Shown here: positions 40,037-51,967 of the stretch, piece after piece
Position numbering within the stretch: the stretch's first letter is position 1
How the letters are laid out: every line of letters starts with the position of its first letter
Assembly: GCA_963751345.1 (NCBI GenBank)
Contig: CAVVUS010000044.1
Coordinates: 32,001 to 96,000 of the forward strand
Origin: an uncultured Chloroflexia bacterium
GTDB lineage: Bacteria; Chloroflexota; Anaerolineae; B4-G1; SLSP01
Length of the DNA: 64,000 nt
Direction of reading: 5' to 3'
The notes under the pieces: model-generated
What the model was told of the DNA's origin: nothing
The model's input: the letters and a program-made list of their open reading frames with translations, nothing else
Database searches by the model: none
Made by a program: the position numbers and the translations under genes

Positions 40037-41341
40037 ATGCGGATGACGGACGTTATCGAGAAGAAACGTGACGGCGGGCGTCTGAGCGCGCGGGAGATCG
40101 AGTTCTTCGTGAATGGGTACACGGGCGGTGCCATCCCTGACTATCAGGCATCCGCACTGCTGATGGCGATTTTTCTACGAGGCATGGAGGGCGACGAAAC
40201 GCGGGATCTGACCCTGGCAATGGCTCACTCGGGGGAGATGCTCGACCTCAGCGATGTGGCTCGCACCGTGGTGGACAAGCACTCGACAGGTGGGGTGGGC
40301 GACAAAGTCAGCCTTGTGGCTGTGCCTGCCGCCGCCGCAGCAGGATTGCCGGTGGGCAAGATGTCGGGCAGGGGGTTGGGTTTCTCCGGCGGCACCCTCG
40401 ACAAGCTGGAGTCGATCCCGGGCTATCGGGTGGATCTCTCGGTGGCGGAGTTCAAAGATCAATTGCGTCGGATCGGCATCGTGCTCACAGGACAATCGGC
40501 CGATCTGGCGCCGGCTGACGGCAAGCTCTATGCGCTGCGCGATGTAACGGGAACGGTGCCGAGCCTGCCGTTGATCGTGAGCTCGATTATGAGCAAGAAG
40601 ATAGCCGCCGGCGCCGATGCTATCGTCCTGGACGTGAAGGTGGGCAGTGGTGCGTTCATGAAGACGCTGGACGACGCCCGCGCCCTCGCTGTGGATATGG
40701 TGCGAATCGGGCAGCAGGTTGGCCGCAAGGTAGTGGCCCACATTGCCGATATGAACCAGCCGCTCGGGAAGGCCATCGGCAATGCCCTCGAAGTCATAGA
40801 AGCGCTGGAGACCCTGCGGGGTGGCGGGCCGCGTGACCTTGTGGATCACAGCGTACGCATTGCCGGCGAGATGCTCCATCTCGGCGGCGTGGCGACGAAT
40901 CTCGATGGAGGAATGCGGCTGGCTACGGAGATGCTTGCGTCAGGTGCTGCACTCGCCAAGTTCAGACAGCTGGTGGAAGCGCAGGGCGGAGACCCGGGCT
41001 ACGTGGATGATCCCGACCGGTTTCCACAGGCGCCCGTGGTCCTCACCGTCGAGGCAGCCGAAGCCGGCTATGTGGCAGGGATGGCGGCGGACGAGATCGG
41101 CATGGCGGTCGTCGGGCTTGGCGGCGGGCGCGAGAAGAAGGGGCAGCAGATCGATCACGCAGTTGGCGTGGTGGTGCACGTCGAGGTCGGCGATCACGTC
41201 GATCCGGGTCAGCCGCTCTTCACCGTCCACGCGGCATCTGAGAGCGCCGGGCAGCAGGCCGGCCGTCGGGTTCGCGACGCCGTGCGAATCACAGAGGATC
41301 GTGTGGCGGCCTTGCCCCTATTCTACGAGCGTATCACGTGA
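40037..41341 (+). CDS. pdp: Pyrimidine-nucleoside (thymidine) phosphorylase
   Basis: DKHSTGGVGDK, KMSGRGL, YALRDVT, SIMSKK, LDVKVGSGAFMK. Confidence 0.95.
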   Translation: MRMTDVIEKKRDGGRLSAREIEFFVNGYTGGAIPDYQASALLMAIFLRGMEGDETRDLTLAMAHSGEMLDLSDVARTVVDKHSTGGVGDKVSLVAVPAAAAAGLPVGKMSGRGLGFSGGTLDKLESIPGYRVDLSVAEFKDQLRRIGIVLTGQSADLAPADGKLYALRDVTGTVPSLPLIVSSIMSKKIAAGADAIVLDVKVGSGAFMKTLDDARALAVDMVRIGQQVGRKVVAHIADMNQPLGKAIGNALEVIEALETLRGGGPRDLVDHSVRIAGEMLHLGGVATNLDGGMRLATEMLASGAALAKFRQLVEAQGGDPGYVDDPDRFPQAPVVLTVEAAEAGYVAGMAADEIGMAVVGLGGGREKKGQQIDHAVGVVVHVEVGDHVDPGQPLFTVHAASESAGQQAGRRVRDAVRITEDRVAALPLFYERIT

Positions 41342-41355
41342 GGGCGGGCCCCGCG

Positions 41356-41383
41356 TTGTCATCCTGGGCTACCGTGTTATAAT
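41356..41383 (+). promoter_or_regulatory. secG promoter
   Basis: TTGTCA-N16-TATAAT. Confidence 0.7.
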
Positions 41384-41415
41384 CTCACTCAGTAGCCTCT
41401 GGAGGAAAGAAGAGA

Positions 41416-41640
41416 ATGCAGACATATCTGAACATCGTGCAGATCATCCTGGGCGTGGCGCTCACCAGCCTGGTTCTGTTGGATGTACGCAGTGGCGGTG
41501 CCGGCGGCATCTTCGGCGGCACGCAGACCAGCCTGATCCGGAAGCGGCGTGGCCCGGAACTGCTACTGTTTCGCTTGGTCATAGTTACCTCTGTGTTGTT
41601 CTTCCTGGTAGCCATCGTGAACGTTCTGGTCGTTGGCTAG
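41416..41640 (+). CDS. secG: Preprotein translocase subunit SecG
   Basis: 2 TM flanking GGAGGIFGG..KRRGPE. Confidence 0.88.
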   Translation: MQTYLNIVQIILGVALTSLVLLDVRSGGAGGIFGGTQTSLIRKRRGPELLLFRLVIVTSVLFFLVAIVNVLVVG

Positions 41641-41657
41641 CCGGATATCCCTGACCG

Positions 41658-41710
41658 GAAGGACGAGGGCTGAGCGGCGGGCGTCGTCCCGCTTCGGCTT
41701 CGTCCTTTTT
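41658..41710 (+). terminator. Terminator after secG
   Basis: GAAGGACGA...TCGTCCTTTTT. Confidence 0.7.
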
Positions 41711-41753
41711 GTTTCCTGCGGCCAGTCCGATCTAGCAGATTAGGTCGAGTCCT

Positions 41754-43439
41754 ATGTTTCGGCGTATTGGTTGGCAAGTTATGCTGGTCGGTGTCGGTTT
41801 CCTGGTTGCCGCATCGATCCTGGCCTACATCGCTTCCACTTACACCACGGAGTTCAGGCCTGCTCCCGGCGGCACCTACGTCGAGAGTGTAGGTGGTTAT
41901 CCCCAATCTCTCAATCCACTACTTAGCTTCTACAACGATGCCGACCGAGACGTCGCGGCCCTCATCTTCAGCGGTCTCACTCGCCTCAGTATGAACGGTG
42001 AGGTCGAGCCTGACCTCGCCACCGGTTGGGAGATCGAGGGTGGGGGGATCACGTACACTTTCACACTGAATCGCAATGTCGTGTGGCACGATGGATATCC
42101 CGTTACCGCCGCCGATGTCGTGTTCACGACCGAGCTACTCCAGGACCCGGACTATCCGGGCCCGTCCGATGTCGGGGAGCTCTGGCGGTCCGTCGATGTG
42201 AGCCAGCTGAACGATTACACCGTGCGCTTCGTTCTGAAGGAGCCCTATGCTCCGTTTATGGACTACACGACCATTGGGCTACTGCCGGAGCACCTGTTGC
42301 ACGGAACCAATGCGGCGGACCTTGCCCGGCTAGACTTCAACCGTGAGCCCGTAGGCACAGGGCCTTTTCACGTGACCGATGTCGAATTGGGCGAGGGGCA
42401 TATCTCGGCCGTCACGTTCAAGCGCTTCACGCGCTACTATGGGCGGAGCTCCTATCTGGAGAACATCGTGCTCCGCTTCTATCCGACCCCGCGCGCAGCC
42501 TTCGAGGCATATCAGGATGGCATCGTCGAGGGAGTCGCTCGCATCCCGGTGGATGTCCTGCCGGATGCCTTTGCCGAGCCTAACCTCCGGCTGTTCTCCG
42601 CCCCTACGGCTGAAATGTCGATGATCTATTTCAACGAACTGCTCACCGATACGCTACCCTTTGGTGATGCGACCGTCCGCCAGGCCTTGATGTACGGCCT
42701 AGATCGCCAGCGGCTCGTCGATGACGTGCTGCTGGGGCAGGCTGTCCTCCCACAGACGCCCTTGATCCCCGGCACGTGGGCCTATACCACGGAGGGTGTT
42801 CCCGAGTACACATACGACCTTCAGCAGGCCGAGGACCTAATGGCCCAGGCAGGGTGGCGGCGTAACGCGGTCACAGAGACGCTTCGCCGTTCGGATGGGA
42901 CGCCCCTGGCCTTTACTCTGGTCGCGTCGAGCGATCCTCTCGACAAGGCTGTGGCCGAGGACGTGTCGGCCCAGTGGGCTAGGCTCGGTGTGTCGGTCAC
43001 CGTTGAGACCGTGCCGGGCGCCGCCCTCACCGGCGTCCTGGACTCGCGCAGCTATCAGGCTGCGCTCGCCCGGCTGGTCATCCCCGGGGATCCCGATCCC
43101 TATCCGTTCTGGCACGAGACGCAGGCGCTTGCCGGCCAGGGGCAGAATTACGCCGGCTTCAAGAACCGGCGCATCAGCGAGCTGGTGGAGCAGGCGCGGA
43201 TGACCGTGCGGAGGGATGAGCGGCTGGAACTGTATCGTGAATTCCAGCAGCTGTTTATGCAAGAGCTGCCGGCGCTGCCGCTGTATGTCCCGGTGTACAC
43301 ATATGGGATGGACGAGAGGGTGAATGGCGGGCAGATCGGCCCGCTCATGAATCCGGGGGATCGATTCCTGACGGTCGCGGACTGGTATGTTCTGCAGCGC
43401 AGGGTCGTGGGAAGTCAGTTGGAGGACGCGGGACCATAA
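41754..43439 (+). CDS. Peptide ABC transporter substrate-binding protein (family 5)
   Basis: LNPLL, IFSGL, PDLA, WHDG.P.TAADVVFT, PVGTGPF. Confidence 0.92.
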   Translation: MFRRIGWQVMLVGVGFLVAASILAYIASTYTTEFRPAPGGTYVESVGGYPQSLNPLLSFYNDADRDVAALIFSGLTRLSMNGEVEPDLATGWEIEGGGITYTFTLNRNVVWHDGYPVTAADVVFTTELLQDPDYPGPSDVGELWRSVDVSQLNDYTVRFVLKEPYAPFMDYTTIGLLPEHLLHGTNAADLARLDFNREPVGTGPFHVTDVELGEGHISAVTFKRFTRYYGRSSYLENIVLRFYPTPRAAFEAYQDGIVEGVARIPVDVLPDAFAEPNLRLFSAPTAEMSMIYFNELLTDTLPFGDATVRQALMYGLDRQRLVDDVLLGQAVLPQTPLIPGTWAYTTEGVPEYTYDLQQAEDLMAQAGWRRNAVTETLRRSDGTPLAFTLVASSDPLDKAVAEDVSAQWARLGVSVTVETVPGAALTGVLDSRSYQAALARLVIPGDPDPYPFWHETQALAGQGQNYAGFKNRRISELVEQARMTVRRDERLELYREFQQLFMQELPALPLYVPVYTYGMDERVNGGQIGPLMNPGDRFLTVADWYVLQRRVVGSQLEDAGP

Positions 43440-43527
43440 GGATGCTCCTCACCACTTGTTGCGTCCCCTCTTGTTTATTGTATACTTACGCAGATGACAT
43501 TCTTAGCACACGCTTGGAGGATAGCGA

Positions 43528-46321
43528 ATGACAAAGAAGTGGGTTTACCTAGCTCGTAACGGCAAAGATGCCTACGCCGACGTATTGGGGCACGAGCCGA
43601 GTCTTGATGAGATGAAGGAGATCTTCGGCGGCAAGGGCGCCGGCCTGGTTGCGATGACCGCTGCTGGCGCGCCGGTGCCTCCGAGCTTCACCCTTACGAC
43701 AGAGGCTTGCGTTGCCTATATGGAAACGGGTGAGTTTGCCGAGGGTGTGTGGCAGCAGACACTCGATGCAATGAAGGATATCGAGAAGCAGACCGGCAAG
43801 AAGTTCGGGGATCCCAAGAATCCGCTGCTCGTGTCCGTTCGTTCAGGCGCCCGCCAATCGATGCCCGGTATGATGGACACGGTACTGAACCTGGGGCTCA
43901 ATGACGAGACCCGGGCGGCCTTGGCCGAGCTGACGGAAAACGAGTGGTTCTCCTACGATGCCTATCGCCGGTTCGTCACGATGTTCTCCGATATCGTGAT
44001 GGGATACGACCGCCAGTACTTCGAGGAGAAACTCGACGATGTCAAGGAGAAAGAGGGTGTCGAGCTCGATACCGAGGTCAGCCTCGAAGGCCTGAAGGGG
44101 CTGGTCGAGGAATACCGGAGGATGTACAGGCAGCGCTTCGACGAGGACTTCCCGACCGACCCGTACAAGCAGCTCGACCTCGCGATCAAGGCCGTGTTCA
44201 ATTCGTGGAACGCGCCGCGCGCCATCGCCTATCGCAATCACGAGGGGATTCCCCACCATTGGGGCACGGCCGTCAACGTCTGCACGATGGTCTTCGGCAA
44301 CATGGGCAATGATTCGGCGACGGGTGTGGCCTTCAGCCGCAGCCCCAGCACGGGTGCGCACGAATATCTCTACGGTGAGTTCCTCGTCAATGCACAGGGT
44401 GAGGACGTCGTCGCCGGCATCCGCACGCCGCAGCAGATTAGCCTGGCCGGTTCCATCGATTGGGCGAAGCGCCAGGGCATCTCCGAAGCGGAGCGCGCCA
44501 AGCGCTACCCCAGCCTGGAAGAGGTCATGCCCGCGACCTATCGCGAGTTCCTCGACATCGTCGCGATGCTGGAGAAGAACTACCGCGACATGCAGGATAT
44601 GGAGTTCACGGTCGAGCGCGGCACGCTCTGGATGCTCCAGACCCGGACCGGCAAGCGCACGGCTGCGGCACACGTCAAGATAGCCGTTGACCTCACGCTG
44701 GAGGGTGTCCTCACCAAGAAAGAGGCCCTGATGCGCGCGCTACCCGAGCATGTTGAGCAATTGCTGCGACCGGCTTTTGACCCGTCCGCAGAGAAGACCT
44801 CAATTGCCCGCGGCCTGAACGCATCGCCTGGTGCTGCCGTCGGCAAGGCCGTCTTCAACGCGGACCGCGCGATGGAAATGGCATCTCAGGGCGTCGGATG
44901 TCATCTTGGTGCGGCCTGAGACGTCGCCCGATGACGTCCCTGGTATGATGGCTTCGAAGGGTGTCCTAACTCAGAAGGGTGGGGCAACGTCGCACGCTGC
45001 CGTCGTTGCGCGCGGCAACAACCTGCCGTGTGTGGCCGGCTGCGGTGAAATCTCGGTGGATGTGAATCGCCGCCAGTTTGAGGCGCCGGATGGCACTGTG
45101 GTCCGCGAAGGCGACGTTATCTCCATCGATGGCTACACGGGCGAGGTCTTCGTCGGTGCGGTCCCAATGATCGCCAGCCGCTACGAGGAACAGGAGGATC
45201 TGATCATGCTCCTGAGCTGGGCTGACGAGGTTCGGACCCTGGGCGTCCGCACTAACGCCGACCTGCCGCACGATGCTCGCGCGGCTGTGGCTTTCGGTGC
45301 CGAGGGCATTGGCCTATGCAGGACCGAGCATATGTTCTTCGACGAGCGCGCCCGCGACGCCGTTGTTCGCATGATCATCGCCAAGACCGATGACGAGCGG
45401 CAGACTGCTCTCGACGACATGCTCCCGTTCCAGGAGCAAGACTTTGAGGGTGTCTTTGAGGCGATGGATGGCAAGCCCGTCATCATGCGCCTGATCGACC
45501 CGCCGATGCACGAGTTCCTGCCCAACCGTGAGGAACTGACCGACGAGGTCTACACGCTGAAGATGGAGATCCTGGCGAGCACGACTACCTTTGAGGCACT
45601 GGACAAGCTTCGCACTCGACTGGATTCTGCCGAAAAGATGCTCCAGATTGTTGAGAGCATGTGGGAAGTCAACCCGATGATGGGTCTGCGCGGCTGCCGT
45701 GCGGGCATCATGTACAAGGGACTGACGGAGATGCAGACGCGTGCCTACTTCCAGGCCGCGTGCCGCTGCGCGAAGCGTGGGATTGACGTGCATCCCGAAG
45801 TGATGATTCCCTTGGTGGGCGTCGTCAACGAGCTGATACTGGAGCGGGAGAAGCTCGAACCCGTTGCCAGAGAAGTCATGCGGGAAGAGGGCATTGAGGT
45901 GCCTGCAGTGTTCGGCACGATGATCGAGGTGCCGCGCGCGGCCTTGACCGCCGGTGAGATCGCCAAGCACGCGCAGTTCTTCTCCTTCGGGACGAACGAC
46001 TTGACGCAGATGACGTACGGCTACAGCCGCGACGATGCCGAGGGCAAGTTCCTGCTCCAGTACGTCGAGCGCGGTATCCTGCCCGAGAATCCGTTCCAGG
46101 TTCTGGATCAGGAGGGTGTGGGACGGCTGGTCGAGATGTGTGTCAAGGAAGGTCGCGCCGCGAACCCCGATCTTGAGGTGGGTATCTGCGGTGAGCACGG
46201 TGGTGAGCCGAAGTCGATCGACTTCTGTCACCGCGTTGGCCTGGACTACGTGAGTTGCTCGCCCTACCGTGTGCCGGTTGCCCGTCTGGCAGCGGCGCAG
46301 GCCGCAATTCGCAACCCGTAG
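43528..46321 (+). CDS. ppdK: Pyruvate, phosphate dikinase (frameshift ~44896)
   Basis: GGKGAGL, SVRSGA..SMPGMMDT, GEDVVAG, GATSHAAVVAR, GLCRTEHMF, GTNDLTQ, ICGEHGG; promoter TTGCGT-N16-TATACT. Confidence 0.96.
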
Positions 46322-46354
46322 GTATCGAGCCGCCTCAGGGCATAGCACCAACAA

Positions 46355-46395
46355 AAGTGCCGGGGAACGCCTTCATAGGCGCCTCCCCGGCACTT
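46355..46395. terminator. Bidirectional terminator between convergent genes
   Basis: AAGTGCCGGGGA...TCCCCGGCACTT. Confidence 0.75.
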
Positions 46396-46427
46396 CGTTG
46401 TGATGGCGGGATTGCCTTCGGTTGTCC

Positions 46428-49400
46428 TTACAGCGCGCCGGCGTCGGTGAGGATCGACCCGATGCGGGCCGCGTAGGCAGCGCGGATTTCGCGGTGCAGC
46501 GGAATCTGTTCAAGGTAGGTCCGGCGGAAGTGGCTGTCCGGGGGGATCAGCGCGTGTTTCCGCATTACCTCGTCGTAGGCGCGTCTGAGGAACCGCTGAG
46601 CCTGGTCTTGCCGCTGATTCGCCGCAAGTGCCTGGCTGTATCGGAAGAGCACTTCCTCGCTGACACACTCGATGATCTGTGCAAACCCAAAGGCCTGGTA
46701 GATCTCGTGCGCCCGCTCGGCTGCTTCCAGCGCCAGTGCGAGATACTCCTGTTCGCGATCGGGCACGGTATGCGCGAGCCCCAGGTACGCGACCGTCACC
46801 TTGGTGCAAGCGGCCATCTCATACTGCTCGGAGACAAGCGGATTGGCCCGTGCGAGGTCGCGCACGGCACAGCAGAGCCGGATAGCCGACGTCAGGGACC
46901 GAACCACTGTCTGAGCATCAGCCGTGGCAGCGGCCCTTGCTCCCTCTGCGTTGTGGAGGGTGGCTTCCACAAGCAGATGGGAGGCCTGGGCCCTGTCCGG
47001 CACCCAGTCGCCGATCGCACGGATCCGGTCGAGGGTAGCGCGGGCTTCCGCGTGCTCCGCCTGAGCCACCTGGATCTGGGCAACGTGGAACAGCGGATAG
47101 GCCTCGTCAGGGGAGCCTTCAAGGATGCGACGGCAGTCCTCCAGGGCACCCAGGGCCGCGGCGTAGTCGCCGAGGTAGATGCCGGTGATGCGGCCACAGG
47201 CCTGGAGAGCTTGGCTCTCCAGGGGGCGGTGACCAATCTCTCGGCTGGCGTGCAGGCGCTCCTGCTGATAGTCTGTGAGCAGGCGGTAGTAGTCGCCGCT
47301 GCGCTCAAACTCGAGCCCCAGCAGGTTTAGCAGCGTCATCTGGACGACCTTGTCCTCAATGCCCTCACTCATCGCCAGGGCGGTGGCGGCCTCGACGTAC
47401 TCCATTCCCCGCTCAGGTTGATCGCTGAAGGCGTGGATGGCACCCATCCCGACCAGAAGCCGTGCCTCGTAGGTCCGCTCGCCGGCAGTCGCGCGCAAGC
47501 TCGAGTGCCTCATCGGCCAGGGCCTGCCACGAAGGGTCGCTCAGAGCCAACCGCTGGTTGACCACGCTGATCATGCTCTCCAGCTCGCGCACGGGATCGC
47601 CCAACTGGCGTGAAATCGCGAGGGCCTCAAGCGCCAGCGGGGTACCCGCCTCGATGTCACCACGGTTCTGGTAGTCACCGACGCCCGGCTGATGCAGAAG
47701 GGCGTCAACGAGAAGCGCCGGATCATCACCGATCTCCCTGGCAAGAGGCAGAAGCTCCTTGGCATCGGCCAGCATCTTATCGAACTGCGCCATGAGGTAG
47801 TAGACCTTGTAACGTCCCATCAGGATCCGGAACCGTTCCTTCAGCCACTCGCAACGTGAGCTTCGATCTGTCGTTGGCTCTCCAACCTGGTCGAGCAACC
47901 GGAGAGCCTGGCTGTAGTGCTGGCTGGCCTCCACGTTGGCGTAGATGCTCCTTGCGCGCTCAGCGTTCTTGAGCGTGAAGATGAGTTCCTTGTCGGGCCG
48001 TTTCGCGTTCTGATAGTGGTACGCCAAGGCTCCCAGGTAGAGCCCCTGGTCCCGAGCGGCCGAATCGACCTCGCACACGGCTTCGAGGTACTCTGCGATC
48101 TGGAGGTGAAGGACGGTCCTCTGCGAACTCAGCAGACTATCGTAAGCCGCGTCGCGGATGAGCTTGGACTCAAAGATGTATTCGACCCCGAGGTCCGGCC
48201 CTCTGCCCCGCTCGGCGATGAGCTGCGCGCGCTGCAGGGATGTCAGATGAGTGCGGAGATCCGTGATATCGGGCGTGATAGCCATGAGGACGTTCGACCA
48301 GAAGATTGAGCCGATCACGGCCGCCCGCTGGAGGACTTGCTGTTCGGAGGATCCCAGCCGGTCGATGCGCGCCATCAGCAGCCCCTGCAAGCTGTCAGGC
48401 AGGCTCAGCGTGGTCACGGGCTGAGCAGCACGCCACACCTCGACGGTCTCTCCATCCTGGTTGGTGATGGCCTCTCGTACCAGGACCCCATCCGCAATCA
48501 GCGACCGCACCAACTCCTGCGTGTAGAACGGGTTGCCTTCGGCTCTTTGGATGATGAGGCTGACCGTCTCCTCGGAGAGGACGTCGGGCCCGATCATGTG
48601 GTCGAGCAGAGCCTGGCTCTCCTCGAGGCCGAAAGGCTCCAGGGTCACGGTGGTCAGTCGATGGGGATACTCCGTCTCGATGTCGTGGCGCAGGTCCCAT
48701 ACCACGGAGCCCCGCTCGGGCCGAAAGACGAAGAGCCAGAGAAGCTCGAGGTAGTCGCACAGGGGGAGGCAGTATCTGAGCAGATCAAGAGACGTCGCGT
48801 CTGCCCAGTGCATATCGTTGAAGTTGATGATGAGCGGCCCCTGCTGGGCCAGCGCCTCCACCCAGCGCCGAACCGCCAGGAACAAACGCTGCCGTTGGGC
48901 GTCCGCATCCAGACGCCTGACCTGCTCCTCATCCGACGGTTCCAGAGGGAGTCCCAGGAACTTGGCGAGGTCGGGGTAGATCTCGGTCATACTCTCTCCC
49001 CAGAGGGCCTCGACCTGTACGCGGAGTCTGTCGCGGATGTTCTCCTTCGACTCGTCCTTCCGTATGCCAAGCCAATGCTGCATCAGATCGTGCCACATAG
49101 CGTATGGCTGGGACTGATCGTAGGATCGGGCCCTGCCGCGGAGCTCGCGTGTTCTGAGCTCCGGCCCGAGTGCTGCCCTGAGTTCGCCGAGAAGCTCCGG
49201 ATCGGCGTCGTCGCCGACCGGCAATTCAGCGATCGATACCTCGGCCAACAGTGCCTCTTGCCTGGCGAGGTGGCGGCGGAACTCCTGGAGCAGCACGGAC
49301 TTGCCCATACCGCGCTCGCCCGTGACCATCAAAATGCCGCCGCGCCCCTCGCGTAGTTCGTCGACACAATCGACGAGTGTGGCCAACTCCGCCTCGCGTC

Positions 49401-50301
49401 CTATCAGCGGCGTGATGACATCGTACTCCTGGGACTGCTCAGGGGACAGCCGTGAAGCCAGAGGGCGGTAGACTGAGACCGGATGGCTGATGCCCTTGAC
49501 CTGGATCTCCCCCAGCGCCAGCCAATCGAACTGGCCCTCGACGAGGTGGTAGGTGCTCTCGCTGACGAGAACGGTGCCTGCCTCTGCCGCTTGCTCCATC
49601 CGTGCAGCCAGGGCGATGGCCTCGCCCATGGCTGTATCTTCGCTGTGGGTCTGGTCATCACCGACATTGGCAACGATGACCTCCCCAGTGTTGACACCGA
49701 CCCGCAGTGAGAGGTCGATACTCTCTCGCCGGGCCAACTCTGCCGCGTAGACTCCGATCGCCCGCTGCATAGCGAGGGCGGTTAGCACGCCCCGTTCAGG
49801 GTCATCCTCGTGGGCGACGACGGTGCCGAAGAAGGCCACCAGCCCGTCGCCCCGGAACTGGTCCACTGTGCCTCCGAAACGATAGATCTCGGCTTCGAGG
49901 AGCTTGAAGACGTGGTTCATCATCTCGACCCATCGCTCGCTGCCGACCTTCTCCAGGAGATCCGTGGACCCCTGTACATCTGCGAGGATGATGGTCGCGA
50001 CGCGCCGTTCACCCGTAAGCAGAGCTTCCTCCGCAGGCAGTTCGGGGTGAAGGGATGGGCTCTGACCGAGGTCAACCGGTGCTCCGCCATCGTCTTGCTG
50101 TGGAGCGCGCGTGCCCGTTGCCGCCGCACGGGCGGCGCCCGTCACGATCGGCGTGAGCTGAGCGCCGCACCGGCTGCAGTAGTGGTACAGGTAGGAAACG
50201 ACAGCTCCGCAGGTGGTACACGTCTGGGTCAGACGCGTGCCGCACATGCCGCAGTAATGGTCTTCGGGGGGCGCGGCGAAACCGCACGTTGGACAGTTCA
50301 T
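46428..50301 (-). CDS. Double zinc ribbon + class III nucleotide cyclase + AAA/STAND ATPase + TPR protein (frameshift ~47500)
   Basis: CPTC..CGMC..CTTC..CSRC; ERRVATIILADVQGST, GDG, RVGVNTG; GERGMGKS; DMHWAD; GNPF; TPR tail. Confidence 0.9.
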
Positions 50302-50402
50302 CTCAACGGCACCATCGGCCCGCGGCAGATCTCGAGGGGCGTGGATATCCGGGCCACGCAGACTATCGAACACCCTGCACTCAGGTCCAGGGGAGGTAAC
50401 GC

Positions 50403-50837
50403 TCAAGCACCGTCGAGAGCTGTCCGGAAGCGCTTCGCGAGTTCGACAAGGATCTCCACCGCGAGGTCTCCATCCCGGCGCAGCGCACCCAGGAAGTTCT
50501 CGCGCGGCAGTATCAAGCAGTGCGTCGGCTCGGTGGCGATGACGGAGGCTGTCCGCGGTCCGTTGTCCAATAGGGCCAATTCGCCGAAGAAGTCGGATGG
50601 ACCGAAGGTGTTCACCACGGCCTCTGAGCCATCGCTTCGCTGACGTACCGCCTTCGCTGCGCCCGACGCGATCACGAAGAATCCATAGCCGTCACGTCCT
50701 TGTGGCACGATCACCTCACCCTCGTCGCACGTGCGCTCGACAAAGATCCTGGCCAGATTCTGCAACTGGCGCCGCTTGAGATTCTCGAACAGGGGCACCT
50801 TCCCGATGATCTCGACAATCCGCTCCTCGTTAGCCAT
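50403..50837 (-). CDS. Stand-alone cyclic-nucleotide-binding protein
   Basis: FFGELALLDNGPRTASV. Confidence 0.9.
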   Translation of the reverse strand: MANEERIVEIIGKVPLFENLKRRQLQNLARIFVERTCDEGEVIVPQGRDGYGFFVIASGAAKAVRQRSDGSEAVVNTFGPSDFFGELALLDNGPRTASVIATEPTHCLILPRENFLGALRRDGDLAVEILVELAKRFRTALDGA

Positions 50838-51051
50838 TCCATTCCTCCGTGAAATGCATGATGGATACTCTCGGCTGTCCGACGTGATTGGGGTCGCGCC
50901 GCCACCGGCGCGCCAACTCTCCGATTATATCGTGGCGTGACTGGGAACGCAAATGCGAATGATAGTGGGTTGACAACTCCGGCTCGGTCCCCTAAGATCG
51001 TATCCGTTCAGCCGTGGCGACCGAGCTGCGTGTGAGCATATTCCGGGAGGT

Positions 51052-51794
51052 ATGATGCGAATCCACATCTATGATTCCAAAGACGAGATGGGAAGTGCGG
51101 CAGCGTCGCGAGCTGCCGGTGTACTCACAGACGCGATCGCGGCTCGCGGCGAGGCCAACCTGATCCTGGCTACCGGGGCGAGCCAATTCGAGATGCTGTC
51201 GAGCCTGGTTGCACAGGACGTGGATTGGTCCAGGGTGACGGTCTTTCACCTGGATGAGTACATCGGCCTGCCGGTGTCGCACCCGGCTAGTTTTCGGCGC
51301 TATCTGCGAGAGCGTTTCGTCGACAAGGTGCCGCCCTGGGGGCGTTCCACGCTATCGATGGAGAGAACCCGGACCCGCAAGTGGAGTGCCGGCGGGTGGG
51401 GGCCCTGATCCGGGCGTTGACCATCGATGTGGCGTGTATCGGGATTGGCGAAAACGGCCACCTGGCGTTCAACGATCCTCCCGCCGACTTTGAGACGGAC
51501 GAGCCCTACATCGTCGTGGACCTCGATGAGGCGTGCAGGCAGCAGCAACTTGGCGAGGGGTGGTTTCCCACGTTGGCGGCAGTGCCTCAGCAGGCGATCT
51601 CGATGAGCATCCGCCAGATCATGAAAAGCCGGGTCATCGTATGTACGGTGCCCGACGCGCGGAAAGCTGTGGCCGTGCAGAAGGCCGTCGAGGGTCCTGT
51701 GACCAACGAGTTGCCCTCGTCCATTCTGCAGGAGCATTCCGACTGCGATCTGTATCTGGACAGGCCCGCTGCGTCATTGCTGCGGAGTGTCTGA
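51052..51794 (+). CDS. nagB: Glucosamine-6-phosphate deaminase (frameshift ~51335)
   Basis: [26 protein letters not shown]; promoter TTGACA-N17-TAAGAT at 50970-50998. Confidence 0.9.
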
Positions 51795-51944
51795 ATCACG
51801 GATTCGCGGGATGACTCGGATGACACGGATAGTGCCTTCCGCGTTGCTCAACGCCGAGGGCGCGCAATCCAGAGAGTTAGCAGCCGCCGAGGGACGACCG
51901 GACACGCCGTGTCATCCGTGCGATCTGCTTCATCCGTGATTCAG
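51791..51944. repeat. ~154-bp element with long imperfect terminal inverted repeats
   Basis: CTGAATCACGGAT..CGGATGACACGG versus CCGTGTCATCCG..ATCCGTGATTCAG. Confidence 0.7.
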
Positions 51945-51967
51945 GCAAGTGGGCGAAGGAGGTTACG

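Noticed and set aside
44880-44920. Programmed frameshifting in ppdK, gltX, nagB, nagA and others
   Set aside because: No shared slippery heptamer or stimulatory structure; the density of indels fits sequencing error.
46428-50837. Anti-phage system (Pycsar/Avs-like)
   Set aside because: The cNMP protein has no TM or TIR effector, the ATPase has no nuclease domain, and there is no defence-island context; the architecture is common in signalling.
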